Of a stretch of 64,000 bases of DNA, positions 1 to 12,337 are shown one piece after another. The stretch covers positions 22,940,001-23,004,000 of the forward strand of contig OZ024753.1 in the NCBI GenBank assembly GCA_964016885.1, written 5' to 3'. Position 1 is the stretch's first letter. Every line of letters begins with the position of its first letter. The stretch comes from Eledone cirrhosa (taxonomy: Eukaryota). Made by a program: the position numbers and the translations under genes. Under the pieces are notes generated by a model. It was given only the letters and a program-made list of their open reading frames with translations, made no database searches and had not been told where the DNA came from.

Positions 1-185
1 AAAGTGAAAATCTCACCGTTACATTATTGCGTGTTCACCTTTCAGATTCCAAAGCAGCAAGAGAGAGATTTTTTAATCGCCGCGGGAATTTTTCCCTCTG
101 AGTGGAAGTCGAGATACAATCTCCTACGCTGAACTGAGCCAAACAACGTACGGAGAATGTATCCATGAGCCCTCGCAATGCAGTC

Positions 186-336
186 ACTACATATATATAT
201 CCTTGTCTATATATATATACATCATCGTCTACATATATATACATCCTTGTCTACATATATATATAAATTCTTCTCTGTATATATATACATCCTTGTCTAT
301 ATATATATACATCCTCGTCTATATATATACATCCTC

Positions 337-397
<61 letters not shown>

Positions 398-587
398 CTT
401 GTCTACATATATATACATCATTGTCGATATATATATACATCCTCTTCTACATATATACATCCTTGTCTACATATATACACCCTTGTCTATATATACATCC
501 TTGTCTATATATATATACATGTATACACATATATATATCCTTGTCTATATATATATATACATCCTTGTCTACATATATATTGATCCT

Positions 588-650
<63 letters not shown>

Positions 651-660
651 ATATATATAT
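186..660. repeat. CATCCT(T/C)GTC-(TA)n compound satellite (also at ~4820-5135 and ~5765-6212)
   Basis: Recurrent CATCCTTGTCTATATATA units with a variable TA run length; three separate blocks in the first 6.2 kb. Confidence 0.9.
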
Positions 661-740
661 ATAAAGAATTAATATCTAGTAACATATATATACATACAGA
701 TGCATATCAATGCTAGCAAATATATAGGTTTTGTCTTAGT

Positions 741-1320
741 AACTTTGTGGTTCAATGCATGGGGTTGCAGAACAATAATATGAGAGGCGTAAAATAAGAA
801 AATTATAAAATTAACTTACTTACTAAAATTTCACTCCCAACTAATTAGTTTCTGAAATGGAATAAATATACTTTCCGAAGAAAATATTGAGAAGCATTTC
901 GTCGTCAGGGAAGACTATTCTCAGCTAAGTATCCAGGCAAAGCGTGGACTCTGGAAACTTATTCAAAAATAATTCAGTGGATAGAAAATAGCCAAGCGTG
1001 GACTGAATTCCTAGTCATTGAGAAAATCACTGCCTCTGCGTCGGTGGCAAATTCAAAAAGAATCAATCACGTGACATCGAGGTCAATCAGTGGAAAGTGG
1101 TTTGTTAATAAGACAGCGGCCTGCCTGCTACCATAGCAGCAGTCTTGGCCAATATTGTTCGACAAATAATTTAACTTTGTGGTTCAATGCATGGGGTTGC
1201 AGAACAATAATATGAGAGACGTAAAATAAGAAAATTATAAAATTAACTTACTTACTAAAATTTCACTCCCATCTAATTAGTTTTTGAAATGGAATAAATA
1301 TACTTTCCGAAGAAAATATA
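741..1320. repeat. ~150-bp direct duplication (~741-888 and ~1172-1320)
   Basis: AACTTTGTGGTTCAATGCATGGGG...TTCCGAAGAAAATAT occurs twice, near-identical. Confidence 0.85.
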
Positions 1321-1350
1321 GTAATTTTATAATTTTCCTATTTTACGTCT

Positions 1351-1408
<58 letters not shown>

Positions 1409-1412
<4 letters not shown>

Positions 1413-4400
1413 TCTTTTATTTGCCACCAGGGCATCAAAAGTGGGACAAGTACAATGGGGGGAGTTTACAAAACAAGGCGTCCTCAATAAGGAGGAGGCA
1501 ATAACAATATATAAAAATAAAATAAAATATAACAAAAAATAAAATTTATAACAAAGTCCTCAATAGAGAGGAGGCGCCTTGGGGGGTCGCACACACCCCC
1601 GAAAAAAGTGTGAAACCCTTCTCCTCAGGAGCACAGAGTAGGGGTGCTCCCTTGGTCATTCATCTTCCTCACCTATAGTCTGATGTAGAGTGAAGGCCCA
1701 TTCACACGGGCCATTCTCGCCACTTTCACGCATCTTTCATAGAAACGACTGGGGTGGAGCACCTCTCTCTCCATCCTGATCCTTCTTCCGAAATGATATC
1801 TGAAGAAACGGACCAGTTGTTGGCCAGAGAGAAAGGTGTCTGACCTCAGTCCTTTCAGACGCGTCCACCATACAACCACTTTCGCCATGGCTATTACGCA
1901 CAGAAACACCGCCTCTCCTTCGTTTTTGAAGAGGGGAGGCGGCTTGATCGTTACAATAGACTCGGTGGTCAACCGGATCGGTCCCACCCTTGACATCAGT
2001 TGTTCGACACAGCCCCACAGATCGGCAATGCCCGAGCAGTGTACCAATGCGTGTGCAACGGTTTCCTCGTCGCACACGAATCTGGGACAGATCTTTTTCG
2101 ATGGGTCCCTACCCGGGCACCCGGGTCTCTAGAGCCTTTCTCGAACGGGCAGAGCCCTTCTGTAGCATTGCCAGGCCAGGGACCTCTGGAAGTTATCCAT
2201 GGGTCCCGGGCTGAATGTCCTACCGAACAGGTTGGCCAGTTCGTCTTCCTCCATGCCTAGGGCTTCTCCGAGGGCGTCGTCGCACCTGCTAACCACCAGC
2301 CCTCTATAGAATGACGAGGTGGATTCTCCACTGACAGCCGGGTCCGCCTGCCAGAGAGCCGTGAGCGCCTGGGCACACTCGGTGTGCCAGGCGCCCAGTT
2401 TTCTCGGTCTTTGCTTGACCCAGGATTGTAGATCGGTGAGTGAGACGAGTCTGGGAAAGGCTCGCCTCACAAACGGGGCCCACACCGGTTGACCGGAGAG
2501 GAATACCTGAAGGTGCCGTAGCCTTAATGCGTGTTTACGTATCATTAGCCACGGCATCCCCAGTCCTTCTTTCGAAGGGTGTTGACAGCAGATGGATCTC
2601 CTCACCATAGGAGCCCGCTTCTTTCAAAGGAATTGGAAGAGTGCGCGCTCCATTTTGGCGAGCGTTTCCCTTGGGCAAGGCACAACGGTCAGGCGGTAGT
2701 AGATGACGGACGCTATATAAGTGTTCGCCACCTCCGCCCGACCTTTCAGGGACAGTTTGCACTCGGCCCACTTCTGGGTCAGTGAAAACACCCTGTTCGT
2801 CACCTCACTCCAGTTCTTCTCCACCTGGAGGTCTGGTCCGAACCAGACCCCGAGCAACTTCACCGGGCCCTCCGTCCAGCGCCCGACGACGCCATCGGAG
2901 GGCATCGATCTGCCACTCCACGTGCCGAGTTGCAGACCGATCGACTTGTCCCGGTTCAGTTTAGCCCCAGTAAACGTTTCGTACTCCTCGAGTAAGGTGC
3001 CGATCGCCCCGATTTCCGAGGCCGTCGACACCATTACTGTTACGTCATCGGCCTAGGCTGACACCGCTTTCCGCAATCCCGGTTCCAACGGGATGCCCTG
3101 CAACAACTCCAACTTCCGCAGCAGTGGGTCTAGAGTCATTACATACAGAAGGGAGGAGAGAGGGCACCCCTGTCGGATGGACCGCGCGATTTCGAACGGC
3201 TCCGAGAGGTAGCCGTTCACCTTGACCCTAGAGCAGATGCGGCTGCTGTGCATGGCATTGATCCAGCCCCTGAAAACGGGTCCGAAGCCTGCCGCCGCTA
3301 GCACCGCATCCAGGTAACCATGGTCGACCCTATCGAATGCCTTAGATTGATCCAAGTTGATCAGGGCCCCACCAAAGCCGGGTTCGTTCCCAACCCTCTC
3401 TATGATGTATCGCATGAGGTGGAGGTTATCGTGGATGGACCTGGACGGGATAGCACATGTCTGCGCATCTCCCACCAGGTTGCCCACGACAAGCGCCAAC
3501 CTCTTTGCTAGCACCTTGGCCAAAATCTGTAACTCTGTATTTAGCAGAGTTATGGGCCTGAAATTATTTATATCGTCCCCTTGTTCTCGTCCTTCCTCAC
3601 TAGCGTGACTACGCCCTTGGTCACAGCACAGGGAATTCTCCCGTTCTGTTGCCAGTTGCAGTAGACCGCCTCGAGGAGATCGGGGAACAAGTCCGGCATA
3701 GCTAGATATAGTTCGTATGGAAGACCATCGAGACCCGGGGATTTGCGTTTGCCGCATTGACTCAGCACGTCCTCTACCTCAGCGGCTGAAATCGGCTCAT
3801 CCCAGGACTTTGCCTCCCTGTCCGAGAGACGCGGCAGGCCATCGAGGTATGGACCGAAGTCCACGTCCCCAACCGGCCCCCCGCCCCCTCCGATTAATCC
3901 GGCAAAGTGCTTTTGAAAAGCCTCGCACATCTGCTTAGGTTCAAGGATCACCCGTCCATCCTGGTCTCGCAAAGACCGGATAGTGGATCTGCTCCCTCTT
4001 TTGGCTTCTGTCACGCGGGCCCAGCTAACAGCTTTGGTCCCCTCGTTTCCCAGAGCACGTATTTTGCTTCGGACGATGCAGCCTTCGTGTTTCGCGTTGA
4101 AGAACTGGCCCAGGGCCGTTCTCGACGCTAGCACTCTGGCCACGTCGCCGCTTCTAATTGCCTCTTCTACACTATCTACCAACTCCCTTTCCTTCCTATT
4201 TCTATTGGAGGCTAACTCCTTACTAAATTCTATAGAGACTACTCTAATCTCTCTTTTGAGAGATCCCCACCACCTGCTGTTGACGATGGCGCCCGTCAAC
4301 CCTTCCCTAACTAAGGTGCTAATCCGGTCCCTGTAAGCCTTACTTTTCGGTAAGGACAAGTTGAGCTTCCAGTAACCGGGTCCCTGTCTATGAGTTCTGT

Positions 4401-4819
4401 CAAGGTTGATCATGCAGGTCACTAACTTGTGGTCTGAATAGCCAACCATGCGCATTTTTGGACAACTTAAAAAGTCCTTATCCTTAATTCTAACTAAGAA
4501 CCTATCTAGGTACGACCTAGATGATCCGCTACGATTTGCCCAAGTCCAGGTTGGCGCAGTCGGAAAATCTAGTCGATATCTATCGGCCAGGTCAAATCGA
4601 CCGATTAACCCTTTGAGGCTATTACACCCCTCTCTATCGGGACAGGCCCCTACGTAGTCCCAGCGTGCATCTAGGATACCATTCCAGTCCCCCACTAATA
4701 GCAAGGAGCGGGACGTCCCTAGAAAAGTCTCCAGACGATGGAAGAAGTCCGGCCGCATTGACCCGAAAGTAGGCGGCTACCAACCTAAACGCCCCGCCTT
4801 TACCACTGCCAAGGTCCAG
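1409..4819 (-). mobile_element. 5'-truncated Tx1/L1-type non-LTR retrotransposon inserted in (TA)n
   Basis: Fragmented ORF2 followed by a 3' UTR ending AATAAAAGAAAC then (TA)n; the 5' end abuts (TA)n. Confidence 0.9.
1673..4819 (-). pseudogene. ORF2 (APE endonuclease + RT + C-terminal Cys/His region), frameshifted
   Basis: APE motifs GDWN, SYLDRFL, SDHK, YWKLN; RT motifs KSPGLDG, NFRPITLLN, LDQSKAFDRV, IRQGCPLS; catalytic YADD reads *ADD (TAG at 3053-3055); split over six ORFs. Confidence 0.92.
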
Positions 4820-4890
4820 ATATATATATATATACATCCTCTTCTACATATACATATATATCCTTTTCTACATATATATACACCCTCGTC

Positions 4891-4957
<67 letters not shown>

Positions 4958-4959
4958 TC

Positions 4960-4999
<40 letters not shown>

Positions 5000-5135
5000 T
5001 CGTCTATATATATACATCCTCGTCTATATATATATATACATTCTCGTCTATATATATATATATACATCCTCGTCTATATATATGTACATCCTTGTCTACA
5101 TATATATATATCCTTGTCTATATATATATATATAT

Positions 5136-5350
5136 GAAAAAGTATGACCCCGACGGCAGAGCTCAAGCCGTTTCGACGGCTATTTCTGAGTTCAGAGGGC
5201 TATTTTTGAGTCCAGAAATAGCCGTCGAAACGACTTGAGCTCTGCCGTCGGGGTCATACTTTTTCCTATTTCTCACTCTACTACCCTAAGTATTGAGTAC
5301 TCTGGTGCGTTATGGTCCATCTGGTTCCTTACCACAATTCCTTTGTTATA
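5136..5350. mobile_element. Inverted dyad of truncated PLE pLTR (family F1)
   Basis: GACCCCGACGGCAGAGCTCAAGCCGTTTCGACGGCTA followed by its reverse complement and a ~80-bp tail; flanked by TA. Confidence 0.85.
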
Positions 5351-6476
5351 TAGGAATGAGTTAGCAAAGCACTCAATAAGAGTAGATCCTTAGAGTAATA
5401 ACATACGTTTAAATAGCTTGACAAATTGAATATTGTTGTAGGCAAAACCTAACACACAATACCAAAGTAACGAAAGAACTAACAGTTTAAAAGATACACC
5501 TGGACAAATCAAACGATATACGTCTAAAGTGTTTCTATGAAATCATTTATCCAACTTACGTAACAGGCACGCTCGTGGTATTCCATGATGGAACAGAGGA
5601 TTCATTTAAACAGGGATTACGTTCTGCCATGAATCGGAGTGGAGAAAAACAAATGCGGCCGCTAGAAGGCAGCCAACGAACACTTCGTTGTCACGTGTTA
5701 TTTCCAACAAGGGAAGCAATCCCCGGTTTTTGGCGGGTAGATTCAAAGTGTTAACAAAGGAAATATTATCCTTGTCTCTATATATATACATCCTTGTCAA
5801 CATATATATATATATCCTTGTCTATACATATATATATACATCCTTGTCTATATATATATACATCCTTGTCAACATATATATATATATCCTTGTCTATACA
5901 TATATATATACATCCTTGTCTATATATATATACATCCTTGTCTATATATATATATACATCCTTGTCTATATAAATATATACATCCTTGTCTATATATATA
6001 TATACATCCACGTCGTCTATATATATATACATCTTTGTCTATATATATATATATATACATCCTTGTCTATATATATATACATCCTCGTCTATATATATAT
6101 ATATATATACATCCTCGTCTCTCTCTATATATATACATCCTCGTCTATATATATATATACATCCTTGTCTATATATATATATATACATCCTCGTCTATAT
6201 ATATATACATCCTCTTAAAAGCTTAATTCTGCCTGCATCCGCTCCCTTCCGACATACAGCCCCCCCCCACACACACACACGCCCCCTCCCCATACAGCCC
6301 CCTCCGTCTTACACAGCCCCCTCCCATACACACAGCCCCCTGTGTCATACACAGTGTTTTCCTTGCTCAGAGGGTGGGATTGGTCGAGTGCAAGGTCCTT
6401 CCCCACTTAAAAAACCTTCAAATCACAGGCATTGCTTGTTCAGGATCTGTTACAGGTTCGTGTAGCTGGCCATAGC

Positions 6477-6550
6477 TGCAATCACTTGTCAGTTTATAGA
6501 GGTTGGTGCACTAAAAGTGCACCACCTCTATAAACTGACAAGTGATTGCA
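6477..6550. repeat. Near-perfect 74-nt hairpin
   Basis: TGCAATCACTTGTCAGTTTATAGAGG(T)TGGTGCACT-AAA-AGTGCACCACCTCTATAAACTGACAAGTGATTGCA. Confidence 0.9.
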
Positions 6551-6589
6551 ATACTCTTAACAGAGTTTGCAGCCACCATGTATGTATGT

Positions 6590-7450
6590 ATGGGATAACT
6601 CCGATATAAAAACTGCGGCTCAGTAGTTACCGATGATGTTGATCTTTTCTTCTTTTCGGGTTATAGCTACTGTCGCTCAGAGAGTGGGATTGGCACAGTG
6701 CACAGTCTTTCCTCACTTAAAAAATAATCTTCACGCACAGGCATTGCACGATAGAATTAATTAATTATTAATAATGGTATATCGTGCAATGGCCATACTC
6801 GATAACGAGGGGGCAGCCATCATATATGTATGAAACATGTAACTGGTAACATGTAACCCAGTACAACCTGTCGCATTGTCAGGTCGTCGGCGACTAAACC
6901 GGCAACCCCACCAAGTTTACTTGGTGAAGAGGGTGATTTTGGACATCCTGCAGGACAAAAAACATAACCTGACAAAGGGCGGAAGAACTCATAAGAGTCA
7001 ACGGATATCCAAAAATGTGTAAATATGTATATACACATGCACATATGTATATGTGCATATACATGTGTGCATGTGTATATGTGCATATATATATATATAT
7101 GTATATACATGTATGCATGTGTATGTATATGCGCGAAATAATCGGGTTGGATACTCCATCGCGAGGTTAAACCACTGGGAGTGAAGGACCCCTAGCCTTT
7201 GTCAGGGCATTCTTCTAGGAGAAGGCAACTCAGGAAACTGTGATAACCTGCGGCTCAGTAATTACCGATGATGTTGATATTTTCTTCTTTTAGGGTTATA
7301 GCAAATGTCACTCAGAGAGTGGGATTGGCACAGTTTCCTCACTTTAAAAAATATCTTCCCGTACAGGCATTACACGATGGAATTAATTAATAATTATTAA
7401 TAATGGTATATCGTGCAATGGCCATACTCGATAACGAGGAGGAAGTCATT
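6590..7450. repeat. Duplicated ~230-bp segment (~6590-6830, ~7240-7450; partial ~6350-6440), possibly an RTE-type LINE 5' region
   Basis: GCGGCTCAGTA.TTACCGATGATGTTGAT...CTCGATAACGAGG occurs twice; the intervening CTAGGAGAAGGCAACTC resembles RTE 5' sequences (weak). Confidence 0.5.
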
Positions 7451-7476
7451 ATGTATGTATGAGTGTATATATATGT

Positions 7477-7800
7477 GAAGGCGCGTGATTTGATGGTTAA
7501 GTTATTCGGCTCAGGATCGTAAGGTCGTGAGTTCGATTCCCAGCAGCGCGTTGTGTCCTTGAGCAAGATAATTTACTTCACGTTGGTCCAGACCACTCAA
7601 CTGGCAAAAATGAGTTGTACCTGTAATTCGAAGAGCCAGCCTTGACACATTCTGTGTCATGCTGAATCTCCCTGAGGACTACGTTAAAGGTACACGTGTT
7701 TGTGGAATGCTCAGCCACTTGCACTTTAATTTCATGAGCAGGCTTTTCCGTTCATCGTATCAATCTGAACACTCGTCGTCGTAACCGACGGAGTACCACT
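7477..7800 (+). mobile_element. tRNA-derived SINE with CORE-like domain
   Basis: Degenerate A box, B box GAGTTCGATTCC, then TTGTGTCCTTGAGCAAG. Related copies at ~37770-37950 (+), ~41666-41915 (+) and ~42135-42390 (-). Confidence 0.75.
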
Positions 7801-7919
7801 ATGTATGTATGTTTATTTAGTTATTATTAATACAGATTAAATGTTTAAGCAAACTATTTCTGCTTTCACCTTAACTTTTAATCTGTGCCAATAATAAATA
7901 TTTGTTCTACGGATATATA

Positions 7920-8119
7920 TATATATATATCCCATGCTATTTCCAGTTCCACCACTTATCCCCCCCCTCTCTCTCTCTCTCTCCATATATATATATATAT
8001 CCCATGCTATTTCCAGTTCCACCACTTATCCCCCCCCTCTCTCTCTCTCTCTCCATATATATATATATATCCCATGCTATTTCCAGTTCCACCACTTATC
8101 CCCCCCCCTCTCTCTCTCT

Positions 8120-8160
<41 letters not shown>

Positions 8161-8213
8161 ATGCTATTTCCAGTTCCACCACTTATCCCCCCCCCCTCTC
8201 TCTCTCTCTCTCT

Positions 8214-8250
<37 letters not shown>
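7920..8250. repeat. 4-copy tandem repeat ATCCCATGCTATTTCCAGTTCCACCACTTATC-(C)n-(TC)n-(TA)n
   Basis: Four identical unique cores with variable microsatellite spacers. Confidence 0.92.
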
Positions 8251-8253
<3 letters not shown>

Positions 8254-8319
8254 TATATAACCCTTATCGAGTCCTCTCTGGATATTGGTCTTTATATTTA
8301 TTACTATTACATAGTACAA

Positions 8320-8513
8320 GGCGGTGGATTGGCAGTATCGGTAGAGGGTCGGGCGCCATCCTTTGGTGCATAGAGTTACGGCCCTTGCCATTCTGAGTTC
8401 AAATCCCGCCGAGGTTAACTTTGCCTTTCATCCTTACGGGGTCGATAAAATAAAGTACCAGTAGTGTACTGGATTAATTGCTGGCCTTGTGCCAAAAGTA
8501 GAAACAACTATTA
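8320..8513 (+). mobile_element. SINE with Nin/Deu-like domain
   Basis: GGCGGTGGATTGGCAG head, B box GAGTTCAAATCCC, then GCCTTTCATCCTTACGGGGTCGATAAAATAAAGTACCAG. Further copies at ~29848-29932 (-), ~34735-34815 (+), ~36840-36960 (-), ~37975-38158 (-), ~39035-39365 (+), ~60148-60340 (-) and ~60925-61300 (+). Confidence 0.8.
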
Positions 8514-8980
8514 CATATATATATATGCGTGTGTATAAAGATATATATGTGTGTGTGTATAAAGGTATATGTGTGTGTGGATATAGACGATACATGTGTG
8601 TGTTTATAGAAGGTGTCGTATAAGAGAGGCAGAATTGGCGCCATACTGGTGAGACACCTGGCAGGTGTGTATAAACATGTGTTACACAGGATATATGATA
8701 GAGCTGAGAAGAGAAAGAACATGTGGTTAAACAAAACAAGACATGACAGTGGGGGGGGGGGTCTCTCTCTCCCCTCTCTTTCTCACCCCAGCCCCTCTCT
8801 TTCTCTACCTCCCCCCTCTATTTCTCTCTCTATCTCCCCCTCTCTACGCCCTGCCCCCTCTCTCTCTATATATATATACACAAAATTCAGAGTCGGGAAG
8901 AAAAGAAGCAGAAACACTGAGAGATCACGATATGTGTGTGTATGTATATAGATATATATGTGTGTGTGTGTGCGCGTATG

Positions 8981-9145
8981 CCTTCTACAGGGCTAGAACT
9001 GTTTCATTCGGATGAAATTATCTCCTCCCAATGAAACAGTTCTAGTCCTGTAGAAGCTATTTCTATATTAAATATTTATACTCTGCTATGTATTGAGTAC
9101 CTTACTTACTGTGGTTACCCACGATTGAACCCGGGTCAAACATAT
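8981..9145. mobile_element. Small inverted dyad of a PLE-like terminus (hammerhead 3' half only)
   Basis: CTTCTACAGGGCTAGAACTGTTTCATT / AATGAAACAGTTCTAGTCCTGTAGAAG inverted pair containing GAAACAG...CTGTA; the tail contains ATTGAGTAC like the other pLTR tails. Confidence 0.55.
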
Positions 9146-9235
9146 ATAACTTTAACTTTGATAGGTTTCGGCCAATATTGGCCCAGGCCATGTCTACCTT
9201 AATAGCATATATATATATATATATATTAGTATATA

Positions 9236-9297
<62 letters not shown>

Positions 9298-9410
9298 TTA
9301 TGTTTCGAATACCTGATGATGTCACCTGATTTATACTGAACCCTGTCACTGAAATGAACATATTACAATAAACCTTTTAAGGAACTACACCAGTCTAGCC
9401 TCCTGTTATT

Positions 9411-9459
<49 letters not shown>

Positions 9460-9550
9460 CGAAGGAAATGTGGTAAGGAACCAGGTGGACCATAACGCAC
9501 CAAAGTACTCAATACTTGAGGTAGTAGAGTGGGTAATAGGAACCAGTAAG

Positions 9551-9644
9551 ACCCCGACAGCTGAGCTCAAGCCGTTTCGACGGCTAATTCTGGACTAAAT
9601 GAACATTTATCCTGGTATTTAAATAGCCGATCTTCTCAAGGGGT
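9551..9644 (-). ncRNA. Type-I hammerhead ribozyme, U3-A8 core variant (F1)
   Basis: Reverse complement of 12101-12194. Confidence 0.8.
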
Positions 9645-10678
9645 AATTCCATATATGGTCAAAGTGATTGTCAAAAATCAGTAGTAATTCTGTGGTTGCA
9701 AATTAGTAGGGGAGATGGTGGCTAAACCTGCCAGTAGGAGAAAGAGGGGAGGGGGTGGAGTAGACCCAATCAAGCGTTGGTAGTGCCAGCTACAGCTGGG
9801 CATGAGGTCAAAGAAGATACAGGGGAGGGGGAGGGGGAGGAAGTCGGAACGGTAGGTAGAACAATGGGGGGTAGAAATAGGAAAGAAAAAATACTGAGAG
9901 TGAAGGAAAGCAAATAAGTGTAAAGAAAAAATTAAATTCTACGACCTAGGTGTCAGGCTATTGTTAGGCGAGAATAAAATAAAGAAAGAAAGAAAGAAGT
10001 AAATAAATAAATAAATAAATAAATAAGGAAATAAGTATAGAACTAGGTGGGACGAATTAGGCAAGGACCCTTTTAAGAGGTATAAGTACGTAAATGATAC
10101 GGTGACTGGTCAACAAAAGGGGCCAAAATACTAAAGAGACTACCACGAAATAAACAATAAAGGTTTCCATCCCGGGCCAGCAACGACCCAGTGCAGCAAA
10201 GTGAACTTGTACGACATAATAATTCTGAGTCCCGAGAAAAATATATACTAATGCTAACTCTAAAAGATCTAAAACAAGCTACATGAAAGTTCGTACGAAA
10301 TAAAGGTAGAATACGGAGAAATAAGTTCAGAATCCACCCCGCCCAGAAGAAAAGCGAAGCAAGAAATACTGAAACGAAAAAAATAAGGCATAAGTGCCAC
10401 TAAGAAATATAGAGGGCACAGAGAATAGTGGGAGCGGTCGGAAAAGGGGGGCAAGTATCCGGGGTCTAAGCCAACTGCTATAAAGGGCGGAGTCCGCCAA
10501 ATCTATCAAAGACTAGGGGAGGGGGGAGTGGGGGTACTAAGGCTACATGGGGCCAAAGGGCAGCCTCGGGTGGGCGAGAAAAGACGCCGACAAAGGAGAA
10601 GAGCTGGGGTAGAAGGGCAAAGGAGAGAGGGGGGAAGGAAATAAAGGATGCGATAAATGAATACAAAGAAGATCTTAC

Positions 10679-11002
10679 GCATGTGACTTCAAGACCCGGC
10701 TATACCAACATAGACATACCTTCCGAAACCCGGCCCGGCGTCACGCCACTACACTTTCGGGCCACATATGGGACCTCAAGGACAACAACATCACCTATGA
10801 TCTCACTTGGAGATTACTGTCCAGAGCCAATTCTTACACGGGAGGACGCCGTCCGTGCAATTTATGCTCGGAGGAAACTTTACAAATGCTGTTTTCGACG
10901 GACCAACTCCTAAACAAGAAAGATGAACTGGTTACTGCATGTAAACATAGATTGCGTAGGACTTACCTCGCCCTCAAACCCCATAATGACCCGGGGGGGT
11001 AG
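10679..11002 (+). pseudogene. C-terminal GIY-YIG endonuclease fragment of a PLE ORF (no start codon)
   Basis: Hand translation ACDFKTRLYQHRHTFRNP...IWDLKDNNITYDLTW...RPCNLCSEE...LLNKKDELVTACKHRLR...*; closely similar to the C-terminus of the element at 26829-28900. Confidence 0.88.
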
Positions 11003-12100
11003 ACTAGGGCTATAACACCCCAGTTGCCGATTTTGCAATGGGTAACCCCTGCTTGCCAAGGAAGACGTAAGATCTTCTTTGTATTCATTTATCGCATCCT
11101 TTATTTCCTTCCCCCCTCTCTCCTTTGCCCTTCTACCCCAGCTCTTCTCCTTTGTCGGCGTCTTTTCTCGCCCACCCGAGGCTGCCCTTTGGCCCCATGT
11201 AGCCTTAGTACCCCCACTCCCCCCTCCCCTAGTCTTTGATAGATTTGGCGGACTCCGCCCTTTATAGCAGTTGGCTTAGACCCCGGATACTTGCCCCCCT
11301 TTTCCGACCGCTCCCACTATTCTCTGTGCCCTCTATATTTCTTAGTGGCACTTATGCCTTATTTTTTTCGTTTCAGTATTTCTTGCTTCGCTTTTCTTCT
11401 GGGCGGGGTGGATTCTGAACTTATTTCTCCGTATTCTACCTTTATTTCGTACGAACTTTCATGTAGCTTGTTTTAGATCTTTTAGAGTTAGCATTAGTAT
11501 ATATTTTTCTCGGGACTCAGAATTATTATGTCGTACAAGTTCACTTTGCTGCACTGGGTCGTTGCTGGCCCGGGATGGAAACCTTTATTGTTTATTTCGT
11601 GGTAGTCTCTTTAGTATTTTGGCCCCTTTTGTTGACCAGTCACCGTATCATTTACGTACTTATACCTCTTAAAAGGGTCCTTGCCTAATTCGTCCCACCT
11701 AGTTCTATACTTATTTCCTTATTTATTTATTTATTTATTTATTTACTTCTTTCTTTCTTTCTTTATTTTATTCTCGCCTAACAATAGCCTGACACCTAGG
11801 TCGTAGAATTTAATTTTTTCTTTACACTTATTTGCTTTCCTTCACTCTCAGTATTTTTTCTTTCCTATTTCTACCCCCCATTGTTCTACCTACCGTTCCG
11901 ACTTCCTCCCCCTCCCCCTCCCCTGTATCTTCTTTGACCTCATGCCCAGCTGTAGCTGGCACTACCAACGCTTGATTGGGTCTACTCCACCCCCTCCCCT
12001 CTTTCTCCTACTTGCAGGTTTAGCCACCATCTCCCCTACTAATTTGCAACCACAGAATTACTACTGATTTTTGACAATCACTTTGACCATATATGGAATT

Positions 12101-12194
12101 ACCCCTTGAGAAGATCGGCTATTTAAATACCAGGATAAATGTTCATTTAGTCCAGAATTAGCCGTCGAAACGGCTTGAGCTCAGCTGTCGGGGT
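12101..12194 (+). ncRNA. Type-I hammerhead ribozyme, U3-A8 core variant (F1)
   Basis: Stem I ACCCC/GGGGT; core TTGAGAA; stem II GA(T)CGGCTA...TAGCCGTC; GAAA; stem III ACGGC/GCTGT around palindromic TGAGCTCA; GTC cleavage triplet ending at 12189. Confidence 0.8.
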
Positions 12195-12272
12195 CTTACT
12201 GGTTCCTATATATATATATATATATATATATACAATATTAATAAATGGAAACTATATTTATAAAACCATATT

Positions 12273-12337
12273 TATTTCATTATATATATTTCAAGGATAC
12301 CAAGTTAAATCATGGTATGCTTTCATCAGACAAAATA
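12273..12337 (-). ncRNA. Minimal type-I hammerhead ribozyme (F3)
   Basis: Minus strand TATTTTGT CTGATGA AAGCATACCA...TGGTATCCTT GAAA TATATA TA ATGAAATA; palindromic stem III. Confidence 0.8.

Larger units (their letters stand above)
9459..12207 (+). mobile_element. 5'-truncated Penelope-like element (Naiad-type) with a ~1.15-kb inverted pLTR
   Basis: Arms ~9535-10679 and ~11066-12207 are almost identical reverse complements; GIY-YIG C-terminal fragment between them; both ends in (TA)n. Confidence 0.9.

Noticed and set aside
7477-7560. tRNA-like sequence
   Set aside because: No complete cloverleaf; it is a SINE head followed by a CORE-like body.
7920-8250. Repeat-spacer appearance resembling CRISPR
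   Set aside because: Spacers are simple microsatellites, the context is eukaryotic and there are no cas genes.
9313-9370. CTGATGA...GAAATGAACATA hammerhead-like motif
   Set aside because: Stems I and II do not pair; at most a decayed remnant.
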